From Bacteroidales bacterium (GTDB lineage Bacteria > Bacteroidota > Bacteroidia > Bacteroidales > VadinHA17), in NCBI GenBank assembly GCA_035531395.1, contig DATKTA010000035.1:72736-136735 (forward strand): 64,000 bases of DNA. The letters are read 5' to 3'. The notes below the pieces were generated by a model, which saw nothing but the letters and a program-made list of their open reading frames with translations, had not been told where the DNA came from and did no database searches. The position numbers and the translations under genes were made by a program. Positions 57,140 through 64,000 of the stretch are shown piece after piece. Position 1 is the first letter of the stretch. Each line of letters opens with the position of its first letter.

Positions 57140-57637
57140 CTAATCCTTATTGCCCAGGATATTTGTGCCATGTTCCTTTTTTGCGCCTTCTGAAAATTTC
57201 CTTGCTTCTTTAAGGCTCATATTGCCTTTTATCTGGATGAGTGCATTATCATCTCCACCTGCAATAAGCAGGAATTCAGAAAATTTGTCTCCATCCATCT
57301 TTACAAGCATCCTTAGATCCTGGCGAGCTTCCTTAACCCTCATAAATTCCTCGTATTGTGACAGGTCAATATCCTTTATAACAAAGTCATAAAAGTTTCC
57401 TGATTTCTCTTTACTATTATCATCTTCAACAAGAATCCTGAGTGATGTGATGTTTTTTGGCATACCTACATCATTATCTTCATCACATGATAACATTTTC
57501 ATAAGGTCTCCGCTTATGGATACTGTTACAAATCCATCTTTACCTGCGTACTTATCAAACAGATTATCAAATGATTTCTGTCCATAAATTATTGTTCCGC
57601 TGATCATTAAAACGATAACAAATATTAGTCTTTTCAT
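57140..57637 (-). CDS. DUF4252 family secreted protein
   Basis: Signal peptide plus LFDKYAGKDGFVTVSISGDLMKML. Paralog of 55469-55993. Confidence 0.7.
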   Translation of the reverse strand: MKRLIFVIVLMISGTIIYGQKSFDNLFDKYAGKDGFVTVSISGDLMKMLSCDEDNDVGMPKNITSLRILVEDDNSKEKSGNFYDFVIKDIDLSQYEEFMRVKEARQDLRMLVKMDGDKFSEFLLIAGGDDNALIQIKGNMSLKEARKFSEGAKKEHGTNILGNKD

Positions 57638-57753
57638 GATATTAGTTTTTTAAATTTTTAAACTACTCTGAATACATGACGAGACTAGCGACATTTCATT
57701 ACAAAGAAATCCGGAAACTTTACGATTCCGGAATTAATTTAATAAAATGACTA

Positions 57754-58569
57754 TTATTTTAAAAGTGATTTTGGTTCTCTTGACATCTCATAATAGTATA
57801 CCCAGTCGACAAATGAAGGAACAATACGTTGAAAAAGGGCTGTCAGTCTTGCCTCCCAGGTAAGCAACTTATTCCTCTTTTTCTTTCTTATACCCTTTAT
57901 AACCCATTTGGCAACATATTGTGCCGGCATCAGTTTATGTTCATTCCTTGGTGATTCACCCTGTTCTTCACCATTTGCCAGAAGAGCATGCTTTCTGATA
58001 TCAGTAGTTGTAAATCCAGGTGCAATGATCATAACATGCAAACCTTTCTTGAGATTCTCTATTCTTATTGTTTCAAGAAAACCGTGAATAGCAAATTTTG
58101 ATGCTGAATAACCAGTTCTTCCTGGCAATCCGTGAAATCCGGCTACTGAAGAAACTCCAATAAGAGATCCTTTATTTTGTATTAAAAATGGAAGTGCATA
58201 CTTAGTGCAATATACCGTTCCCCAGAAATTGACATCCATTAATCGATGAAGTACTTTAAGATCAACATCAAGAAATGATGCTCTCATTGATATCCCCGCA
58301 TTATTTACAAGGATATCAATTGTCCCAAATCTCTCAATTGTTTTTTCAATAAGATTTTTGCATTCTTCTTCAATACTGACATCCGTTTTCACAAAGAATA
58401 CGTTCTGATTTGACATTTTCAATTCTTCAGAAATTTTAATTAGTTTTTCCTCAGTCCGTGCTGCCATAACAACCCTGCTTCCTTTGAATGCAAATTCCCG
58501 GGCGATCGCTTTTCCAATACCTGACGATGCACCGGTCACTATTACCACTTTGTCTTTTAATGACTTCAT
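57754..58569 (-). CDS. Short-chain dehydrogenase/reductase
   Basis: VTGASSGIGKA, NNAG and YSASKFA motifs. Start at the ATG at 58569. Confidence 0.85.
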   Translation of the reverse strand: MKSLKDKVVIVTGASSGIGKAIAREFAFKGSRVVMAARTEEKLIKISEELKMSNQNVFFVKTDVSIEEECKNLIEKTIERFGTIDILVNNAGISMRASFLDVDLKVLHRLMDVNFWGTVYCTKYALPFLIQNKGSLIGVSSVAGFHGLPGRTGYSASKFAIHGFLETIRIENLKKGLHVMIIAPGFTTTDIRKHALLANGEEQGESPRNEHKLMPAQYVAKWVIKGIRKKKRNKLLTWEARLTALFQRIVPSFVDWVYYYEMSREPKSLLK

Positions 58570-58745
58570 AATATAATTGTTAATTAACAATGGGTTGAAA
58601 TGCTAAGGTACTTAAATTGAAAAATATCTGGCTAAAATGTGAATCACTTTTGGTTAAAAAGAACCGGACCGAGCGTTAAGAAATTGCCCGTTGGGCAATT
58701 TTAGCGATGGAGACAGTCTGCCGCGCAGGCGGGTTCGAGATATAC

Positions 58746-58773
58746 AATAAAAAAAGCAGCCGTTTGGCTGCTT
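58746..58773 (-). terminator. Rho-independent terminator after tRNA-Lys (minus strand)
   Basis: aagcagcc gttt ggctgctt hairpin. On the minus strand it is followed by a U-run. Confidence 0.8.
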
Positions 58774-58775
58774 TG

Positions 58776-58848
58776 TGATCCAGCTGGGTCTCGAACCCAG
58801 GACCCCATCCTTAAAAGGGATGTGCTCTACCAACTGAGCTACTGAATC
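58776..58848 (-). tRNA. tRNA-Lys (anticodon UUU)
   Basis: The reverse complement folds as GATTCAG TA GCTC AGTTGGTA GAGC A CATCC CTTTTAA GGATG GGGTC CTGGG TTCGAGA CCCAG CTGGATC A. Confidence 0.9.
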
Positions 58849-58988
58849 CTCCTTTGTTTTTGCGAGTGCAAATGTAAGATAAAAATATTTTAAATCAAAA
58901 ATATGAATTACTTTTTAAAATCAGAATTCAACATCTTCTGATTAAACAAAATTACAATTTTCATGAAGGCATAATATTCAGGCATTTA

Positions 58989-59459
58989 CTACCTTGACAA
59001 AACAGGTATCTGCCTATTTATAGACTCCTCAAGTGAGATAAGTGTCTCTGTTCTGACTATACCTGAAATATTCTGAATAGTATCAGTAAGAATCATCCTA
59101 AGATGCTCATTATCACGCGTATAAACCTTTATGAAGAGAGAATAATTTCCTGTTGTATAATGACATTCAATGATTTCAGGTATATCCCTGAATTTATTTA
59201 TAACGTCCCTGAAATGTCCGGGATGATCGAGAAATATTCCAATATAGGCACATGTTTTAAATCCTACCATCACCGGATCAACCTTAAATTCAGATCCTTT
59301 AATCACTCCTATCTTTATAAGGCGCTGTACCCTTTGATGAATTGCTGCGCCAGAGACACCACATTCACGAGCAACTTCCAGATATGGAATCCTTGCATTT
59401 TTTGTGATGATATCAAGTATCTTCTTATCAAGATTATCTATATGCGTATTTTCTGACAT
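58989..59459 (-). CDS. Lrp/AsnC family transcriptional regulator
   Basis: LDKKILDIITKNARIPYLEVARECGVSGAAIHQRVQRL HTH plus a RAM-like C-terminal domain. Confidence 0.88.
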   Translation of the reverse strand: MSENTHIDNLDKKILDIITKNARIPYLEVARECGVSGAAIHQRVQRLIKIGVIKGSEFKVDPVMVGFKTCAYIGIFLDHPGHFRDVINKFRDIPEIIECHYTTGNYSLFIKVYTRDNEHLRMILTDTIQNISGIVRTETLISLEESINRQIPVLSR

Positions 59460-59561
59460 ACTTAATTGTTTAAAATTGATGCAAATAATATTTAAAAACT
59501 TACAAATTTAAAGATAAAATAAATTTACTATACTTATTATTTAAAGTAATAATCTAATAAA

Positions 59562-60473
59562 TTACTTATTGAGATAACCTATTATCTCTCTTATGTCAGA
59601 AAATCCTTTATCAATCATATATTTTTCAATTCCCTCAAGAATTTTCACAGGAGCTACAGGATCAATAAAAGTTACTGTACCGACCTGAATGGCACTTGCT
59701 CCTGCCAGAAAGAATTCAATAGCATCCGTGGCATTCATTATTCCACCCATCCCAATCACCGGTACTTTAACAGCTTTTGCGACCTGCCATACCATCCTAA
59801 GAGCCACAGGTTTAATTGCGGGACCAGAAAGACCTCCAGTAATTGTAGAAAGGGATGGCCTCATTTTATTCACATCTACTGCCATACCAAGCAGCGTATT
59901 AATAAGCGATACGGAATCAGCACCCTCCTCTTCAACCACCCTGGCAAAGTCAACAATACTGGTAACATTAGGTGAAAGCTTAACTATCAGGGTTTTCTTA
60001 TATACTGACCTTACAGCTTTTGTAACCTCTCGTGCAGAATCGAGATTTGTGCCGAATACCATCCCGCCCCTCTTTACATTGGGACATGAAATATTGAGTT
60101 CGATGGCAGGTATTCCTTCAAGTCTATTAATCCTCTCAGAAAGAGAAACATAATCATCTATTGTATTACCATTTACATTTACAATAATATGGGTGTCATA
60201 ACGGACTATTTCAGGATATATATGTTTTTCAAAATAATCAATTCCTTTATTCTGTAATCCAACCGCATTCAGCATCCCGGAAGGAGTTTCAGCCATTCTC
60301 GGATATGCATTTCCCTCCCTGGGTTCTATTGTAGTTCCCTTAACAACAATTCCACCCAGTCGTGAAACATCAAAAAAATCATCAAGCTCAGGTCCGTATC
60401 CACATGTGCCTGAGGCAGTAAGCACAGGATTTTTAAAATTCAGATTTCCGATATCTATTCCCAGGTTCACCAT
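59562..60473 (-). CDS. pyrD: Dihydroorotate dehydrogenase catalytic subunit (class 1B)
   Basis: [17 protein letters not shown] and [10 protein letters not shown] motifs. Overlaps pyrK by 7 nt. Confidence 0.92.
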   Translation of the reverse strand: MVNLGIDIGNLNFKNPVLTASGTCGYGPELDDFFDVSRLGGIVVKGTTIEPREGNAYPRMAETPSGMLNAVGLQNKGIDYFEKHIYPEIVRYDTHIIVNVNGNTIDDYVSLSERINRLEGIPAIELNISCPNVKRGGMVFGTNLDSAREVTKAVRSVYKKTLIVKLSPNVTSIVDFARVVEEEGADSVSLINTLLGMAVDVNKMRPSLSTITGGLSGPAIKPVALRMVWQVAKAVKVPVIGMGGIMNATDAIEFFLAGASAIQVGTVTFIDPVAPVKILEGIEKYMIDKGFSDIREIIGYLNK

Positions 60474-61234
60474 TTTAATTCCCTGATATTAAAAACTGGT
60501 CCTTCCGTACATGTGCAGATATTTCCTCTGGTCGTTTCAACAATGCAGCAGAGGCAGATTCCAAAACCGCATGCCATCAGATTTTCAAGTGATACTTCAC
60601 AGTTGATATTGTTTTTTCGACAGTAATCTGCAATGGAATGCATCATCGGATCAGGTCCGCAACAATATATTATACTTATATTTTCTGACTTTAGTGCCGA
60701 ATGTGAGGTAACCAGTCCTTTTTCTCCAACGGAACCATCTTCTGTAGCTATATGGACTTTCCCCACATTGGTATACTCCTCAACGAGAATAACCCGGGTT
60801 TTATTTCTGAAACCAAGAAGATACTCAATTTCAAATCCTCTGTTTTTCAAATATTTACCAAGAAACAGAAGTGGTGCTATACCCGTACCACCGCCAACCA
60901 GAAGAATTTTTTGCTTACCGGCAGGTATGCTGAATGAATTTCCAAGGGGATGAACAACATTAAGATAATCTCCTTTTTTCAGATTATAAAGCATTGCTGT
61001 TCCTTTTCCAAGCACCTGAATCAGCATTTTGAATCTGTTTCGGATAAAATCAACATCGTGAACTGAAATAGGCCTTCGAAGAAAAGTATCAGGGCTGCCT
61101 TCGATTTTTACCTGGACAAACTGTCCTGGTTTGAAATCAGGAATCTTACTCATTGATTCCAGTTCCATAACGCAGAAATCATCTGTAAGAAGCTTATTTT
61201 CAACTATTTTTAAATCCTCAACCCTTTTTGTCAT
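60467..61234 (-). CDS. pyrK: Dihydroorotate dehydrogenase electron-transfer subunit
   Basis: FAD/NAD-binding fold ([14 protein letters not shown]) and a C-terminal Cys cluster ([11 protein letters not shown]...CTC). Confidence 0.88.
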   Translation of the reverse strand: MTKRVEDLKIVENKLLTDDFCVMELESMSKIPDFKPGQFVQVKIEGSPDTFLRRPISVHDVDFIRNRFKMLIQVLGKGTAMLYNLKKGDYLNVVHPLGNSFSIPAGKQKILLVGGGTGIAPLLFLGKYLKNRGFEIEYLLGFRNKTRVILVEEYTNVGKVHIATEDGSVGEKGLVTSHSALKSENISIIYCCGPDPMMHSIADYCRKNNINCEVSLENLMACGFGICLCCIVETTRGNICTCTEGPVFNIRELKW

Positions 61235-61333
61235 TCAACACTGGTTTAAGGCAAAGATAATTTTAAAGTAGGATTTCAGGAAATATGAAGTACTGTTATT
61301 TCCAATTGTTTTTAACATTCTGAAAAGATTACT

Positions 61334-61771
61334 TTATTTTCTTGGCAAAAATTCTTCAAAACTGTTATTGTCATAGAACCATACTATCTTAACTACCTTA
61401 TTTCTTCCGTGTCCGGGTAATTGTTCTTTGTCTGTGAAAGTCTTAAATTGTTCGATACCATCAGTTTTAGTCTCTCCTTCAGAAATTGTACTGTCCTCAA
61501 GACCAGAATCAGTTACTCTGTTTACAGGGGCAGAGTTGTCAAACAACGATTGTATTTTACCTTCCTTGTACATTGGACCGTTCCCGAACAGGAGCCAGTC
61601 TGTCGAAATGTTCCTGTATTTCTCCAGCATCTTAAGGACAAAATCAAGACTTGGATTATTCCTTCCGGAAAGAATGTGAGAGATACCTGAAGGCTGTACA
61701 CCGATCTCTTCAGCGAATTGTGCTGACGATTTGTTTTCTGACATTAAAAATTCACGGATTCGTTCATTCAT
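61334..61771 (-). CDS. Small XRE/Cro-type HTH transcriptional regulator
   Basis: HTH QFAEEIGVQPSGISHILSGRNNPS. The C-terminal ~70 aa have no recognised motif. The ATG at 61771 is preferred over the TTG at 61780. Confidence 0.8.
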   Translation of the reverse strand: MNERIREFLMSENKSSAQFAEEIGVQPSGISHILSGRNNPSLDFVLKMLEKYRNISTDWLLFGNGPMYKEGKIQSLFDNSAPVNRVTDSGLEDSTISEGETKTDGIEQFKTFTDKEQLPGHGRNKVVKIVWFYDNNSFEEFLPRK

Positions 61772-61789
61772 TTTTGGCAAGTATTGATA

Positions 61790-61847
61790 TTACAAATGTA
61801 AATATTAATTAATTTACACATGTAAATATATTTAATTACAAATGTAA
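61790..61847. promoter_or_regulatory. Three perfect TTACA-N2-TGTAA palindromes spaced 24 and 22 bp apart, directly upstream of the XRE gene
   Basis: Sites at 61790-61801, 61814-61825 and 61836-61847, read directly. Confidence 0.55.
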
Positions 61848-62117
61848 TTTTACTGTATTCACCATTTGAGAATAATATAAAAATATTCTTCAAATTACTG
61901 ATTATTAATATCTTAATTAAAGCATGTATTTAATCATTTACTTTAGTTTAGATATATATGTATCTGGTAAATAGATATATATACTAAATATCTAATTAAA
62001 TAAGCATGCTCCACGCAATATATTTTTGTATTTAGCTATATCTATTAATTATATAGAATCTTATATAATACTGATTATTAATTCTATATGATTGATAAAA
62101 CTAATTTTAAAAAACAA

Positions 62118-62197
62118 TTACCTGTGTAACTATTAAAAGTAGTAATTATGGTTACATCTGTACATATTTACTTATGTAAATGGGGTTACAGTTGTAA
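62118..62197. promoter_or_regulatory. Second cluster of the same palindrome (one perfect, three with a single mismatch)
   Basis: 62118-62129 ttacc tg tgtaa. 62152-62163 ttaca tc tgtac. 62168-62179 ttact ta tgtaa. 62186-62197 ttaca gt tgtaa. Confidence 0.5.
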
Positions 62198-62420
62198 ATA
62201 ATGTCTTCATGGATATATTTTACTATGATGTCAATATTTTTTCATTTTTCTGATTTTTACCAATTCCAATTTCCTTTGCTAAATTCAATTTTCACTAATA
62301 CTCCTGTCCTATTATTCAAATATTCAATTCTCACGGGGTTATGAGTAATTTAAAAAAAATGGATTTTTTGAATTGATTTATCAGTTAGATTGTATTTCTT
62401 TAAAAGTTTAAATTTTCTGT

Positions 62421-63656
62421 ATGCAAAAAATTAAGATTGCTTTACCCTTGCACTACCAGATCCTTATTGCACTTATTGCAGGAGGTTTCTTTGGTTATTT
62501 ATTCCCTGACAAGGTTATATACACAAACTGGGCTGGTGAAGTCTTTCTCAGGGGATTAAATATGATTATCATCCCATTAATATTGTTTTCTATAACAACT
62601 GGTGTTGCAAGTGTTGGCTCGGGAGGCAATCTGGGACGTCTCGGACTAAAGACAATGGGATTTTATTTCCTTTCCACATTCCTGGCAATTATTACAGGAT
62701 TCTTCTTTGTTTCAGTAATTAAGCCTGGTATAGGTGCCGACCTTGGTTTTAAAATGCCGGTTGAGAATATTTCTGCGCTTTCAGATAGCTTTGGCAGAAC
62801 ACTTATAAAGATAGTCCCGACGAATATTTTTGAATCGCTGATGCAGGGTCAGATGTTATCTATAATATTTTTCGCAATCCTGTTCGGCTTTTTCCTCACA
62901 AAAATCAATGAAAATTCACGTATTCTTTTATTGGATGTATTTAATGGAGCCTTTGAAGTTGTGATGAAAATGACCTTGTTCATAATCCGGTTTACTGCCA
63001 TTGGAATCTTCAGTATTACGGCAAAGGTTATTGCTCAACAGGTTGTGATGGGAAACCAGATCAGTGAAGTAATCAGCAGGTTGGGATTATACGTGGTCAC
63101 AGTGCTTGCAAGCCTGATTATTCATGGAGCAATTACACTTCCTATGATGGTCAAGGTACTTGGCCGTTCTAATCCGCTGAAGCATTTCAGGAATATGGCC
63201 ACTCCTCTTCTTACTGCATTTTCTACATCCTCATCAAATGCTACACTGCCGCTTACAATGGAGGCAGTTGAAGATAAAGACGGAGTTTCAAACAAGATAG
63301 CAAGTTTCACCCTTCCGCTGGGGGCAACAGTAAATATGGACGGGACAGCTTTATATGAATGTGTGGCTGTGATGTTTATAGCCCAGGCATATGGGATTGA
63401 ACTTACCTTTGTTCAACAGATGGTTGTTGTATTTACTGCACTTCTTGCTTCAATAGGGTCAGCAGGTATTCCAATGGCAGGACTTGTTATGATGGCAGTT
63501 GTTCTGAAAGCTGTAGGCTTACCTTTGGAAGGCATAGGTCTTATACTGGCAGTTGACAGAATCCTGGATATGTTCAGAACTACAATAAATGTTTATGGTG
63601 ATACTTGTTGTGCAGTTATTATTGCAAGGTCAGAGGGAGAAAATCTGAATATATAA
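62421..63656 (+). CDS. Dicarboxylate/amino acid:cation symporter (DAACS family)
   Basis: 411 aa, multi-TM. SSSNATLP and GATVNMDGTALYE motifs are typical of GltP/DctA/SstT-type carriers. Confidence 0.85.
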   Translation: MQKIKIALPLHYQILIALIAGGFFGYLFPDKVIYTNWAGEVFLRGLNMIIIPLILFSITTGVASVGSGGNLGRLGLKTMGFYFLSTFLAIITGFFFVSVIKPGIGADLGFKMPVENISALSDSFGRTLIKIVPTNIFESLMQGQMLSIIFFAILFGFFLTKINENSRILLLDVFNGAFEVVMKMTLFIIRFTAIGIFSITAKVIAQQVVMGNQISEVISRLGLYVVTVLASLIIHGAITLPMMVKVLGRSNPLKHFRNMATPLLTAFSTSSSNATLPLTMEAVEDKDGVSNKIASFTLPLGATVNMDGTALYECVAVMFIAQAYGIELTFVQQMVVVFTALLASIGSAGIPMAGLVMMAVVLKAVGLPLEGIGLILAVDRILDMFRTTINVYGDTCCAVIIARSEGENLNI

Positions 63657-63696
63657 CAATCCAGATACATATTTCCCGTATTAATTATTTATCTTC

Positions 63697-64000
63697 TTAA
63701 CTACATGAACCTGAGCATACTGAATGTTCATCTGAACTTCCGCATGAGGAACATGAATGGTTCAAACCGGCAATCTCTTCAGCAGTAGCTTCACGGACAT
63801 CAATGATCTTACCAGTAAAATGGAGACCTATTCCGGCCATAGGATGGTTGAAATCCATTCTTACATGGTTATCAGTGATTTCATTTATGATACCGTTTAG
63901 CGGATTACCTTCACTATCCATCATAGGAACTTCATTTCCCACAAAGCAGATGTCTTCATTGAGTTTACCGTCTGTTTCAAATACAGAAACCGGTACATTA
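63697..64000 (-). CDS. slyD: FKBP-type peptidyl-prolyl isomerase (SlyD-like) with Cys/His-rich tail; N-terminus outside window
   Basis: The ORF stays open to the window edge (..NVPVSVFETDGKLNEDICFVGNEVP..). FNHPMAGIGLHFTGKIIDVREAT is FKBP-like. The tail is HSCSSCGSSDEHSVCSGSCS. Confidence 0.7.
   Translation of the reverse strand, partial: NVPVSVFETDGKLNEDICFVGNEVPMMDSEGNPLNGIINEITDNHVRMDFNHPMAGIGLHFTGKIIDVREATAEEIAGLNHSCSSCGSSDEHSVCSGSCS

Noticed and set aside
58715-58745. tRNA T-arm-like fragment as an attachment-site duplication of tRNA-Lys marking an integrated element.
   Set aside because: Only 10 nt are shared, and in inverted rather than direct orientation. No integrase or foreign-looking genes are adjacent.
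61772-62420. AT-rich gap as a chromosomal replication origin.
   Set aside because: I could not find DnaA-box-like sequences (TTATCCACA or its complement). There is no dnaA or dnaN nearby. The repeated motif is a different palindrome.

Overview
AT-rich chromosomal segment that looks like Bacteroidota. This is inferred from rpmB-rpmG-DUF4295-ftsY-rimO synteny, ECF sigma/DUF4252 modules, a TPR gene after gyrA and the lack of Shine-Dalgarno sequences. No database search was possible. I support about 58 protein genes and 3 tRNAs: Thr-CGU, Gly-CCC and Lys-UUU. There are no rRNA genes, CRISPR arrays, transposases, integrases or recognisable defence genes. Most content is housekeeping: mnmE, sucD, fabG, cinA, rpmB/rpmG, ftsY, rimO, clpC, gyrA, typA, relA/spoT, pyrK/pyrD. 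Accessory content is a mannan/hemicellulose block (GH5, GH26, AKR, esterase), an apparently exported murein-peptide recycling trio (NlpC/P60, dipeptide epimerase, M81 peptidase), an OMP/MMPL/LolA-like export cluster with a membrane-bound AraC regulator, and an ECF sigma/anti-sigma/DUF4252 module. Four candidates deserve a second look. (1) A divergent S24-repressor / catalytically intact Y-family polymerase / DnaE2 cassette at 46.6-52.0 kb. It has twin TGATTA-N5-TAATCA palindromes, and a covarying hairpin module sits directly in front of each polymerase start codon. (2) A 640-bp AT-rich gap at 61.8-62.4 kb carrying at least 7 copies of a TTACA-N2-TGTAA palindrome next to a small XRE regulator. 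(3) A 613-bp non-coding segment at 32.4-33.1 kb bounded by perfect 16-bp inverted repeats, with internal copies of the same core. (4) A recurring class of intergenic hairpins whose arms are short tandem 7-9-nt words. I could not identify a clear-cut novel multi-gene system. All functional interpretations of the non-coding elements are inference.
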